From Octopus sinensis (lineage: Eukaryota): a stretch of 64,000 bases of DNA. Each line of letters opens with the position of its first letter. Positions within the stretch are counted from its first letter, which is position 1. The position numbers and the translations under genes were made by a program. Location: NCBI RefSeq assembly GCF_006345805.1, contig NC_042997.1:13454001-13518000 (forward strand), in the 5' to 3' direction. Below, piece by piece: positions 51,020 to 64,000 of the stretch. The notes beneath the pieces were generated by a model that searched no databases, was not told where the DNA came from, and saw only the letters and a program-made list of their open reading frames with translations.

Positions 51020-53080
51020 GGCATGGCCTGGATAGACTTCAAAAAGGCTTACGATATTTTGCCGCGTTCGTGGATTTGCCTAGTTGCAAAACACGTCTTT
51101 CCTGTAACAACCAGCCCTTAACCAAGGTAACTATTAAAAGAGGTATCTTCCAAGAAGACTCTTGTTCACCTCTGTTATTTGGTATAGCTTTGATCCGACT
51201 TTCTGTAGTTCTACGCAAAATCAGCGTACACTATGAGCTGAGAAAGGAACGGACCTCGTCACAACCACCTTCTCTTCATGGATGATTTAGAACTGTTCAT
51301 AAAAACAGAGCCTGAAAAGGAGAGGCTGGTAGAGATTGTGCAAATGTGCAGGAAGGAGATATAGGGATGGAATTCGGTCTCTCGAAGTGTACGGTGCTTA
51401 CTTTGAAGTGGGGTAAAAGAGTAAATTGTAGGGGCATAGAATTGCCAAACGGAGAGTGAATGAAAGACCCAGATGATGATGGGTACAAGTACTTTGGGAT
51501 CCTAAAGCTGAACAATACCTTGCATAAAGAAATGAATGACAATGCCATCACTGTATATTTCAAGCGTCCCAAACTTCTCTTGAAATAAAACTCAACTCAA
51601 GGAACCCTGTGACTGCCATCAACATATGGGATGTTGCTGTAGTCTGCTATAGTGCACCCATTCTGAAATGGACACAAGAGGAGATTGACCAATTCGATCG
51701 CACTACCCGAAAGACAATAATAACGCATGGTGCCCTTCATCCTAAGGCAAATGTACACAGGCTCTACATGAAGAGAGGTAAAGGTGGGCGTGCGCTGATT
51801 AGCGTACGGGAGTGCATCAGAATTGAAAGAATTAACATGGCAGAAGATTCGGTGAACAGCAAACAAGAACTACTACAGTATGCTGTTAGTGCAGAAGGAG
51901 TTAACAAAAATGGACTTGAGACTGCGCATGAATTTCGATCAAGAAGAGCCAACGAGAGAGAATTATACGGTCAGTTCCAGCGCGAAACCAACAGATTAAA
52001 AAAATCAGGAAGCATCATGGTAGTGGCTCTTAAAGGTGGCCTAAAAAGAATGCTGAAAGTATAATCATCGCGGCCCAGGATCAGGCATTGAATACCAACT
52101 CAGTGAAAAAGATTATATACCACACAAGTGCAACGGACCTCTGAGAATGTGCAGAAACAGGGTCGAAAGTGTGACTCACATTGTCAGTGCTTGTGAAAGT
52201 CTTGCGTGGAAGATGTACAAACGTAGACACGATAGGGTAGTCAAAAATTTCCAATGGCTACCATGCCGTAAGTATGGATATAAGGTTAGGTACCAACATA
52301 GTGGAGGCGCAATGGCCCAGTGGTTAGGGTAGCGGACTCGCGGTCGTAGGATCGCGGTTTCGATTCTCAGACCGGGCGTTGTGCGTGTTTATTGAGTGAA
52401 AACATCTAAAGCTCCACGAGGCTCCGGCAGGGATGGTGGTGATCCCTGCTGTACTCTTTCACCACAACTTTCTCTCACTCTTACTTCCTGTTTCTGTTGT
52501 ACCTGTATTTCAAAGAGCCGGCCTTGTCACTCTCTGTGTCACGTTGAATATCCCCGAGAACTACGTTAAGGGTACACGTGTCTGTGGAGTGCTCAGCCAC
52601 TTACACGTTAATTTCACGAGCAGGCTGTTCCGTTGATCGGATCAACCGGAACCCTCATCGTCGTAACCGAGGGAGTGCTTCCAAAAAGTACCAACATACC
52701 CCGGAAAAGGTAATGGACGAAAAGGAGAAGGCAATAGTCCTCTGAGAGTTTGATTTCCAGACAGACAGGGTGTTAGATCACCGAAGGCCGGATATAGTAA
52801 CCTTTAGGAGGAACAAACAAGAGTGCCTAATAATTGAGGTGACAGTGCCAGGGCATCAGCATATCATCATATAAAGAAAGAGAACAGATCTGGAAAACCG
52901 TGGAAATACCTTACAATCTAGATGTATTGCAAAAGTCGGCATTACTTGGAACTGCACGCATATTGCATCAAGTACTGTCTCTCTGGGGTCCTTGTTGTGT
53001 CTTGACAAACAATACAAACCCCCGGTAGACACAATGTCTTCAATCAACAACCTCACGTTATCGTATACTGCGCGACGTCT
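51015..53080 (+). mobile_element. 5'-truncated pseudogenised R4/Dong-like LINE in (TAA)n, interrupted by a SINE
   Basis: MAWIDFKKAYD, RGIFQEDSCSPLLF, HLLFMDDL, GMEFGLSKC, RLYMKRGKGGR, ESVTHIVSAC, KRRHD, RRPDIV, LQKSALLGTARIL. Confidence 0.92.
52303..52682 (+). mobile_element. SINE family B2 nested in the LINE
   Basis: 11-bp TSD GTACCAACATA at 52290-52300 and 52688-52698; tRNA-like head. Confidence 0.92.
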
Positions 53081-53128
53081 ATAATAACAACAACAACAAC
53101 AACAACAATAATAATAATGATGTTGTTG

Positions 53129-53225
<97 letters not shown>

Positions 53226-53436
53226 AATAATACATGTACAACAAAATAAGCAGTGGGATAGTAGACAGACAAGTGTGAAGTAACGCAAAGGAGAAATGAA
53301 AGATGTCCTAAAGGACTAAACAAACACAGGAGAAAGTTAGAGCGAGGAGCAGAGAGAAGTGTGGACGATCAGGTCGAGTGCTTCGCGACCCACACTTCCT
53401 ATTTTGATTATTGTAATTATTATTATTATGAAGAAA

Positions 53437-53830
53437 GCGGCGACCTGGCAGAATCGTTAGCACGCTGGGCGAAATGCTTAGCGGTATTTCGTCTGCCGCT
53501 ACATTCTGGGTTCAAATTCCGCCGAGGTCGACTTTGCCTTTCATCCTTTCGGGGTCGATTAAATAAGTACCAGTTACGCACTGGGGTCGATATAATCGAC
53601 TTAACCCGTTTGTCTGTCCTTGTTTGTCCTCTCTGTGTTTAGCCCCTTGTGGGTAGTAAAGAAACAGGTATTTCGTCTGTCACTACGTTCTGAGTTCAAG
53701 TTCCGCCGAGGTCGACTTTGACTTTCATCCTTTCGAGCTCGATAAATAAGTACCATTTACGCACTGGGGTCGATGTAATCGAGTTAATCCCTTCCCTCAG
53801 ATTTCAGGACTTGTACCTACAGTAGAAAGG

Positions 53831-53889
<59 letters not shown>

Positions 53890-54110
53890 GAAGAAGGCGG
53901 TGAGCCAGCAGAATCGTTAGCACGCCGAGCGAAATTCCTAGAGGTATTTTGTCCGTCTTTATGTTCTGAGTTCAAATTATGCCGGTGTCTTCTATGCGTT
54001 TCATCCTTTCGAGGTCGATAAAATAAGTAGCAGACGCGCACTGGGATCGATGCAATCGACTAGTCCCCTCTATAAAAATTTCAGGCCTGGTGCCTTTGGT
54101 AGAAAGGATT
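53437..54110 (+). mobile_element. SINE family C dimer plus monomer, joined by (ATT)n
   Basis: Same architecture as 2187-2610 and 6423-6848. Confidence 0.88.
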
Positions 54111-54329
54111 ATTAATATTATTACCTAGTAGCAGTACTTGTAGGTCATGGTGGTGGTGGTGGTGGTGGTGGTGCTGCTGCTGCTGCTGCTGCTGGTAGTG
54201 GTGTGGAGGAGCAGTGGGCAATAGCGTTTTCTTATTATGTATAACCGACTCTTTATGTTAAGGGTTCTTTTGCCGGTAGAGATTACTTATATTTCATCTT
54301 TCCGAGTTCGCTAAATTGTTTTCGAATTT

Positions 54330-54612
54330 TGAAACCACGCCAGAAATTTCGTGGGGAGGGTAATTCTACATCATCGATTGCAATGCTCAACTTGTACTTA
54401 ATTTATTGACTTAATTTATTGTATTTAATTTATTGAACCCCCCCCCCTCCCCCACACACACACACACACACATCCCGAAGGGATGAAAGGCAAAGGATGA
54501 AAGGATGAAAGGATGAAAGGCAAAGGTGACCTCGACGGGATTTGAATTCAGAACGTAAAGACGGATGAAATGTCGCAAAGCATTTTGTCCGGTGTGCTAA
54601 CGATTCTGCCAG
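54330..54612 (-). mobile_element. SINE family C with internal expansions
   Basis: Reverse-complement core with amplified ggatgaaa units and an inserted poly-C/(CA)n. Confidence 0.75.
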
Positions 54613-56311
54613 TTAAGATATTGTCTTAACTAAGAATGGAATACTGTGGCCGATTTAATTGCCTCAACCATTCCCAATATATCACTAGTTGTGTAACTAT
54701 ACAAAAATCAATCATTATACGAAGGGCTGTGAGATGCTAGAAGCAGCGACCGTCAAAATTGCTCTGCAGTGTTAATTTCTGTCTTTAGTTCAAATCCTGG
54801 AATCAATTTTGTCTTTTATCCTTCCGGAGTCAATAAAATACGTACAAATAAAGAACTACATCAATTAAATTGACAATACACCTTGCACAAATGTGTGGCT
54901 TACTGCTAAGGTTAAAAATAATTAATGCCTTCAGCAGCGACTATTCATTTGTCTTCTCAATATTTGTAATTACAAAGAAAAATACAACGATAAAATAGAG
55001 ATACATTAATGTGGAGAACAAGATGAATGAAACAAATTAGTTAAAGATATCTGAAGATACTACAAAGCCGTAATAAGTCCTCTTACAACATATGGCGATC
55101 AATGCATCGATTATGAAAATAACTTTTGAAAGTTTCCACCTGTGCAATATATTATAAAAGCTGATTCGAAGAAAAAATAACATCAATTTAAGTGGAAAGA
55201 GTTTCGAGAAATAAATTTAGAATATGAGACTGTGATTGTGCTGGTAATTTGGTGATAAAATGAGTTAGGGAATTTATGGTAATATTTGTGCTAATAATAT
55301 CAACAATAAAACTATTATTAACATATAATAGATCAGACAGTATAATGCATTGTGTCTACCACCAGTAACTAATTATCTATACAACACCTAATAACATATA
55401 ACACACAAGCAACAGAGTCACGGACCATCAACATGACCGATATATTTCACATTATGACGAAACACTGAGGTAAATCTAGAAAATGAAGTAAAACAAGATA
55501 TATATTCAGAATTTTGCACACTGAAACAAACATTGACCACAGCAACAAGGTGGTGAACTTAGCCATTACAGTAGAAATTCACCTAAATGGCTAAAAACTT
55601 GATAATAATATAGATCTATGTAGCTCCACACGTCGGTCTATGTGAGGAATTTCATTCCAAGTATCAGCGAAGGTTTCCTTTAATTTTTCATTGGATGAGA
55701 CACACTTCTGTGACTTTGACATCGCACAGTATGTTCACATACGTTCTGTCACGGGTGCATGACATATAACTTCGATGAAAAAAGTTGTTTTTATTTTAAC
55801 GTAATTCTGACACCCATTTTTACTTCCGTTCGAATTTTTAGTGTTTATATTATTGTTGGGTGGTACATGTGAGACATTTGACACTGCTGCTTTACTAATA
55901 TTCCTATTGTTAATTTCTGTTCGCTGATTTCGTATAATTGTTATTGGTCGCTGTTGTTGCTAAATAAATCGATATAACTATTCATAGTTGTACTACAACC
56001 GATTGAATAATTATACATTTTTAGTTTGTAATATTTGCTTATAGTATATTATTCTTACACACTTCTTTATTTTGCAAGGGGTTGTCTTAATAAAAAAAAT
56101 ATGCATGTATGTATACATGCAACATGAGAGGAAGCAACAGGTGGAGATTTTCAGACGATGACTATTTAAGTATAAATAAATTTATATATATATATAGGCT
56201 TGAAACGTAAAATACTTGTTTTATTTATATTCCTGAGCGCCATACTAATACAATTGTTTGTTTGTATTCCACCTGCCTTCGTCTTTTGTTTATTTTCATA
56301 AAGCCTCCCGT

Positions 56312-56370
<59 letters not shown>

Positions 56371-56933
56371 AAATCGAGCCAACTTACAGAGTACAAACGA
56401 CAGACAAAAGGGAGGAAGAAAGGTGCTGTAAGCATTATAGCTGTTTCTAGAGGCTCTGAAATCTACCATAATGTTGGTAGACGTAGTTCATCACAATATG
56501 CAGCAGTAATGGAAGCTATCAACATTGGACTAATCGAGTTTCCGTCATCAGGGTAGATAAATTCTTACATTTCAGATTATAATGCAGAGAAGTTCAAAGG
56601 TGGAATGGTTAAATGTGGAGGGTTGCTGCATTAGAGAGGAAGGAAGTATGAGGGTCGGTGGAGTTATAGGGATTGTAAAGACGGAATGGTGAGAGGAAGT
56701 AAAACAGCTAGTTTAGAAAGAGGGAGGTAGTTAATAATGAGGATATTAAGGGAGGCAGTAGTAGCGGGGAAGAGTTGGGAGATGAGAGAGAGAGAGGGAT
56801 GGGATAAATAGTAATTGAAGGGTGGGTAGCTGTTGTTGGGTTTGTGTATAGATGTCAGAGTTTAAGGATAATAGCTATAGAATTATTGGAAGCTGAGATC
56901 GTGAGAAAAGGGTTGGCAATTACTTCAGGAAGT

Positions 56934-57226
56934 TCACGATCGTAAGATTGTGAGTTCAATTCCCGGCGACGCATTGTGTCCTTGAGCAATCACTTTATTT
57001 CACGCTGCTCTTGTCCACTCAGCTGGCAAAAGTGAGTAGTACCTGTATTTCAAAGGGCCCAGCCTTGTCACATTCTGTGTTACGCTGAATCTCCATGAGA
57101 ACTACGTTAAGGGCACACGTATTTGTGGATTGCTCAACCACTTTCACGTTAATTTCACGGGCAGGCTGTTTGGATCCGTTAATCGGATTAACTGGAACCC
57201 TCACCGTCGTAATCGACGGAGTGCCA
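56934..57226 (+). mobile_element. Chimeric SINE: family D head/CORE joined to the B2 tail
   Basis: ttgagcaatcactttatttcacgctgctc..cactcagctg (D) joined at about 57038 to gtacctgtatttcaaaggg..cgacggagtgc (B2). Confidence 0.8.
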
Positions 57227-57999
57227 CTTATGTTATATATGTCAAACACATCTACGAATGTACTTTTCAGTTGAACTAATATATAACATTTATTGAACGA
57301 AAACCTATCTTTACATTTTTCGTTTTCCATACATATACCCATAGAATAAATCTTTTCCCCACTTAATTTACAAAATTAAATTTGTTCTAATTACTCAAAA
57401 AGTATATATATATATATATGAAAAGACAATTTTGTCGCATCTTCAACCATTTCTCCTTGTTTTTCATTCACACACACACACACACACATATAATAAACCT
57501 TTTTTTTTCTCAGTATCTTGAATAGTCGGACTTTTAAAATTCTTCGCAGGTTTGAGATATACATGAAAGTATCTAGAGATTTCAAGAAATATTGAAACTA
57601 AATTTTAAGGAATGATTTTGAAATAACAATAGACAGAGCTGAGGCTTTCAATCACCAGGATTTTTAACATCCACTGCGTGGCACCTTGGGCTAGTGTCTT
57701 CTACTATAGCATCGGGTCGACAGACTCCAGTGAAATTCCTATTATCGGTTATATAGAAGTAGAAAAATACAGCGAAAGTAATGTAAAACCCAAAGTGTGC
57801 AGGCCTTATTACTATGACCACCACTAACACTGCTGCTGCTTCTAATACACTACTATATCTACCGCTACTATATCTACTGCACTTTTTGCTAGTACTTCTT
57901 CTGCAACTACTTTCCCGGTTGCTGCTACTATTTCTACAACTTTATAAATGTCACACTTTGTTGCGTAGAGGATAAAAATGTGGCTGTGAAACAAATTAT

Positions 58000-58810
58000 T
58001 TACTCTTTACTCTTTTTACTCTTTTACTTGTTTCAGTCATTTGACTGCGGCCATGCTGGAGCACCGCCTTTAATCGAGCAACTCGACCCCGGAACTTATT
58101 CTATTGTAAGTCCAGTACTTATTCTATCGGTCTCTTTTGCAGAACCGCTAAGTGACGAGGATACAAACACACCAGCATCGGTTGTCAAGCAATGCTATAG
58201 GGACAAACACAGACACACAAACGCACACACGCATACATATATGTATATATATACATATATACGACGGGCTTCTTTCAGTTTCCGTCAACCAAATCCACTC
58301 ACAAGGCTTTGGTCGGCCCGAGGCTATAGTAGAAGACACTCGCCCAAGGTGCCACGCAGTGGGACTGAACCCGGAACCATGTGGTTGGTAGACAGGCTAC
58401 TTACCACACAGCCACTCCTGCGCCTTGAAGTTATTATTGAAGTTTCTTAAATATTGAAGGCATTTTCGACTATCTCATATAAAACATAAGATGTAAGTGC
58501 AGATTGAATATTTGCTACACATTTACAAGTTAGTAAAACCTCTCTAGATCAATGTCGTTTGAGTGAGATAATCACATTTACCCAATGCATATATTCTCTT
58601 TTATTCTTTTACTTGTTTCAGTCATTTGACTGTGGCCATGATGGAGCACCGCCTTTAGTCGAGCAAATCGACCCCAGAACTTATTTTTTCTAAACCTAGT
58701 ACTTATTCTATCGTTCTCTTTTGCCGAGCCGCTAAGTCACGGGGACATAAACACACCACCATCGGTTGTCAAGCGATGCTGGGGGACAAATACAGACACA
58801 CAAACATATT

Positions 58811-58892
<82 letters not shown>

Positions 58893-59030
58893 ATATATAT
58901 GCATATATATGACGGGCTTCTTTCAGTTTCCATCTACCAAATACACTCACACCAAGTTGCCATGCAGTGGGACTGATCCCGGAACCATGTGGCTGGTAAG
59001 CAAGATACTTACCACACAGCCACTCCTAAT
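58000..59030 (-). mobile_element. Two SINE family A copies (58000-58425 full; 58595-59030 deleted)
   Basis: Direct match to the family A consensus. Confidence 0.9.
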
Positions 59031-59683
59031 CCTATGTATATAATTTTTCTTACATCTTGACCAATGCGTGGCCAATCAATAACAGGACAACTTTACAAAA
59101 ACCCTATGATGTATCGGCTAGTAATCTAAAATCTGTTCTCCAAAATTATATATAGCAGTACGAGTGAACATTTATAAAATGATGATGATTATACAAGTCA
59201 AATCCAGTAAAGCATAAGTAGAATGTAGCGGCGTCCTTATAGAACAATTATTATTAACATGATGACATTGCTTTATACAGTAAACGTATTTCTGGATGGT
59301 TGCACCATAGGAAATCCACTGATTCAGTCGGACTAACTGGATCATTAAAATATTGGAAGATTTGGTGACTAAATGTCTTATGATATCATGGTGAATACGA
59401 CAGTAAAGGAACGAGGTTGTATGCTTTATAGAATCTCTATTACCATAGCATATCAATTGGGGTACGTTCTCCGTCTAAAAGTGCAGTTTTTCGCTCAGCT
59501 AAAAAATTCATTTATGCTGTTATATTGTGCATACATACATACATACATACATACATACATACATACATACATACATACATACATACATACGTATATATAT
59601 ATATATATAATATATATATACATCTCGCTTATCCACAGAATCAAATCTCACACAAGTGTGACCCTTGTTTCCTTATATATATA

Positions 59684-59728
<45 letters not shown>

Positions 59729-61564
59729 AGTTTACAATTTATAGGAAAGATCCAGGGAATAGTTACAAGGTGGCCAAATGTTGGTCAAGTGTCCTAGGAA
59801 ACAATGGTCACACTTGTGTGGGATTTGATTCCGTGGATAAGCGAGATGTATTTAAGAGAAAATAGGAAAAATTGAAAAATGTCTCGAGCGTTTGTCTCCT
59901 TTTTCAATTTTTTCTATATATAGGGACAGAGGGGGGGGGAAAGTGAGAGACAAAATGACAGACAGAGACAGAGAGAAATAGGGGCAGAAAGGACCGAGCT
60001 CCTACATTCTTAACTTCTTCTTTCTATGAATGAGCTCTTGTTTATGTTGTGATTGTTCCTCAACTTGAGTTTTTCCATGAGAGAATCATATATTAATATC
60101 TGTACTGTGATGGATGTTACATAGAATTGAGAACATTGGCATACATGAAGGGATAACTCGCTGAGAGAAAGCTGTGTGAATAAGATAAAGATAAAACATA
60201 ACATGATAAAAAGTAATATGGAGGATCATTACTTAGCACATGAATGATAATATTTTTCCCTGAAAAAGATTAACAATACCTTATAAATAATTAAACTACT
60301 AGTACGGAATAACTACAACGTTGTGAATAGCTAAGAAATTATGTAAAGATATTTTCATCTTCAGAAAAGTTTTCATCTTCTCATTCACAACTGTATACAA
60401 GAGGCATAATATCAAATGCCGTCTGTGAGTACACTGACGGAATACTCATAAGGAGAGGCAAAGGCGGGTTGCAGAGAATGAAAAAAAAGCACTGCCAGAA
60501 TCTGTAAATATAGTTAGGGTATATTAACACAAAATTTGCTAACCTTGAACATATTTATTCATGTTTTCCAAGATGTTCCTAATTATTATTGATGTGAGGA
60601 AGACTGAAAGTAATCATGAATCTCCTAATATAATAATGAGCATAGTGTTTTTATATATTTCTATATATATATATATTTGTCCAAAATCACGGAGTAGGAG
60701 AAAGAGTATAAATGAGTAGAAGGGAGAGGAAAGAAAATAGTAATTCAGTGAAAGAGAAGTAGTGAGAGTAATAGCTCTTACTGAGAGAGAAAGAGTGAGA
60801 GAAAGTAATAGCAATGACAGAAAGAAAGTGGCAAAGAGCGCATTGTGTATGATCTGTTTTTCTCCGTCACAACATATGAATGAGAAAGGAAGGGGTAATA
60901 GATGAATAACGAAGCAAAGGGTGAAACAAAATCAGCGTTTTAAGTATGTGTGAGTATATGTATGTATATGTAAAAGGGAGGTATTTGAATGTGCATGTGT
61001 GTGTGTGTGTGTGTGTGGTGTGTGTGTGTGTGTGTGTTTGTATGTAATGGAAATCAAACAATATTTCAACTCTGTCTGAGTATATGTGTGTATGTATGCG
61101 AATGTTTGTATCTCTGATTATTATGTACCTTATTTCCTACCTTATTTATATATACAATACTACAATTAGCCGTTATTTTTGACGGCAGGGTTTCAGCTAG
61201 TGATATATAATAATTACATCTTCGGTTGAGAAAAATATAACGCAAAACTTATATATAAGCGGCTGTATTTGTTTAACAGGTAAAAAAATAATAATACCGG
61301 TGTTAAAAATTGCTTGGAAATAAGCAAACAGATATTATTTCATTAGCATGAAAATAGGTAAAAAAAAAAAAAAAAAAGAGGATAAAAAATTTGCTTTAGA
61401 AGAAAGAATTGGGTCGACTTGCAGACAAGAAGAAAGTTATTTCTGAGATGTGAAACACCGAGAGAAAAGAAAATGAATTCTTACATGGAATTATAGTTAG
61501 TGAATAAAGAAGTACAAAAGAAAAAAAATGGGCAAGAAATAAGAAACATGTTACCGAAAAAAAA

Positions 61565-62110
61565 AGGCGGCGAGCTGGCAGAATCTTTAGCATGCCGGAA
61601 AAGTATTTTTTTTGCGGCACTTCGTCCGTCTTTTCGTTCTGTGTTCAAATTCCAACGAAGTCGACCTTGACTTTCATTCCTTCAGGGTTAATAAAATGAG
61701 TACCAGCTGAGTAAAAGGGTAAAGACCCCCTTCGGTCATGAATGACCATGGGATTGCACCTAGAAAGTTACCCTCCTAGACACAAGTCCGGGCAAGGTTG
61801 TTTATGGAAGACCAGCAGTCGCCCATGCATACCGGCCTCCCCTCTCCACGCCACCAGTGTTATCCAAGGGAAAGACAAAGGTCGATACAGCTTGGAACCA
61901 GTGACGTCGCAACTCATTTCTACAGCTGAGTGAACTGGAGCAACGTGAAATAAAGTGTTTTGCTCAAGAACACAACACGCAGCCCGGTCCGGGATTCGAG
62001 CTCACAACCTCACGATCGTAAGCTCGACGCTCTAACCACTGAGCCGAGTATTGGGACCGATTTAATCGACTAACTACCTCCCATTGTATTGCTAGCCTTA
62101 CCTCAAAATA
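61565..62110 (+). mobile_element. SINE family C split by a SINE D insertion
   Basis: The C core stops at about 61713 and resumes at about 62046. Confidence 0.8.
61714..62045 (-). mobile_element. SINE family D
   Basis: Near-identical to 17722-18059; GAGTA duplicated on both sides. Confidence 0.9.
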
Positions 62111-62161
62111 TGAAAACAACATTACAGAAATCTGAGCATATGCATGTACACACACACACAC

Positions 62162-62219
<58 letters not shown>

Positions 62220-63323
62220 CGATAATAGGCATACAAATGTATATGTACAGTTACAGAGGAGTACATATTTATAGGGGTACATATGCATAAGAGTACCTAC
62301 GTAAAGAGGGTACATAGATAATTTGGCAGCTTTATAAATAACCAAAACTGCACATAACATTACGTATATATGTACTCTCGAAAGAGATACACAAATGCAA
62401 AGATACAAATAAGCACGCTCGGTATCCATATTCATACATACATGCATATATATACATACATACATACACACAATACACACATATACAGATAGATAGATAG
62501 ACAGATAGACAGACAGAAATATCGATGCGTATATGTGTTTATGCATGTACACACAAACATATATATGCGTGTGTGTGTGTATATATATATACATACATTC
62601 AAACATACAAATATTACTATCAATGGAATCTGTTAATATTTTAATGTATTAGGAATGGTTCTTAGTTATGAATAGCGTTCATGTTTGGCATCCAATAGGG
62701 GAAAAATTAGTGGCCAGACAAAGAATATGTATATCAGAGATTTGTGTATCTCCTTCGTCACTATTGAACAATACTACATACGAATGGTTGTCTGCACAGC
62801 AATAATGGATTTATACCTTTACCCCTCCACAAGAGTACTAAAGATCGAAAATAACAGCAGTTTGAGAGAAGGTAAAGGACACTTAAATAGTTACCGAGAA
62901 AGTCCTGATGCGTTATGTGAAACTAGAGTGGTTGAGCAAACAATTTGGAAGAAAAAATTCGTCATACAACTGAAATGGCGTGCATGTCTTCATTTATCGA
63001 GATAATAGTAATGTTCAATACGCTTATAACGTAATTCTGTGCTTCCTGAAACAGCTGTCGTGTTAAGAGAAACTATGCATCTTTTTCTTAATATTCTGTA
63101 TTTGTATACTCTATGTAAATATATTTGTTTATATATATCAATATCTATTATTTATATATATCAATATCTATTATATGGTTGTACATATGTGTTTATCTTC
63201 TGAATAAAGTTAATTATATATTTCTATTTATATATTTCTATATATCTATGTTTAAATGTATATATGTTTATTTATACCTATCAAGCCTAATTGCGTTTAT
63301 ATGCATCTATCTCTCGTTCTCTT

Positions 63324-63367
<44 letters not shown>

Positions 63368-63567
63368 TATCGATATGTCTGTCTATCTATCATTCCACAC
63401 ACACACACACACACACACGAAGAATTGATGCAAAAGCTGTGAAATCTTGCATGCCTTAATTTCAACCCTTATTATCAATAACTGCGTTTTTTTCTCCCTC
63501 CAGATAAACTGAGATACGATTGTTCAAAGGAGATTTTAAATTTAACCGGTAGCACCTTCTCTTGAAA

Positions 63568-64000
63568 ATGGACAAAATTTGGCACCGTGGTTTTATCAAG
63601 TACCTGTTGGGTTCATATCTTTGAGCAAGAGACAGAAACAATCTATGCAATGGAAACACCCCTCCTCGTATCCTCCAAAGAAGGCCAAATTTATTTCATT
63701 AGCAGGTAATGTGACGGCATCAGGTTTTGGGGATGCAAAAGGCATTGAGTTTATTGACTGCTTGAAAAAGGGCCTCACTATCAATGGAGAATACTATGCC
63801 AACTTGTTGAGGCAGTTACAAAAGTCTATCAAGACAAAACGCCCAACAACACTGATGAAAGTGCACTTGGTTGATCAGGATAATGCTCCAGAACTCCCGT
63901 GCTTCGTTTCAAAGGTTGCTGTGTGTGACTGTGGATTTGAACTGGTTGATCACTATTCCTATTCTAATTTGTCACCATTTATTCCCCAACATGAAAAAAG
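63568..64000 (+). mobile_element. Decayed, internally deleted mariner running off the window end
   Basis: MDKIWHRGFIKYL fused to WVHIFEQET, SMQWKHPSS, DAKGIEFID, TINGEYYANLL, QDNAP, CGFELVDH. Confidence 0.88.

Noticed and set aside
51609-52064. 151-aa ORF as a host gene
   Set aside because: It is an internal fragment of the decayed R4/Dong-like LINE ORF.
52303-52380. tRNA genes at the SINE heads (also 390, 14674, 18059)
   Set aside because: A and B boxes are present, but there is no proper acceptor stem and each continues into a repeated SINE body.
57980-58450. Recurrent peptide RRASFSFRLPNPLTRLWSARGYSRRHLPKVPRSGTEPGTMWLV as a gene family
   Set aside because: Antisense translation of the SINE A head; it recurs wherever the SINE does.
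59280-59332. Hammerhead-like motif on the minus strand (CUGAAUCA..UGGAU/AUCCA GAAA UACGU)
   Set aside because: The core deviates and stem I is absent; possibly an old relic but not supportable.
235-63459. Numerous YIYI/HTHT/VCVC/SLSL ORFs
   Set aside because: Translations of dinucleotide and tetranucleotide microsatellites.

Overview
Eukaryotic, AT-rich, repeat-dominated DNA with no intact protein-coding gene that I can identify. The SINE sequences and microsatellite load look like octopus (cephalopod) intronic or intergenic DNA; this is inferred from memory, not verified. Nearly all ORFs in the track are microsatellite or SINE read-through. The window contains: (i) at least four tRNA-headed SINE families, named A-D here for convenience, that swap heads and tails; (ii) decayed RLE-type non-LTR retrotransposons (R4/Dong-like stacked in (TAA)n, one HERO-like) and a 750-bp bipartite RTE-like element with a 15-bp TSD; (iii) mariner and Tc1 relics, a hAT MITE, a Tc2/pogo-like MITE and two Helentron/HINE-like elements; (iv) a 100-N assembly gap. 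The most interesting signal is a set of short, mutually dissimilar non-coding elements in or beside (TA)n tracts. They have fold-back or terminally redundant structure and carry hammerhead-ribozyme-like cores (CUGANGA...GAAA...UH with a palindromic stem III). I count 8 type I motifs, including an inverted pair, one in a 527-bp terminally redundant unit, and a CUGUNGA core variant in two copies, plus 4 weaker permuted (type II-like) motifs. These fit Penelope-like pLTR relics or retrozyme-like elements. Ribozyme activity is inferred from sequence only. Coordinates were counted by hand, and ends of decayed elements are approximate.
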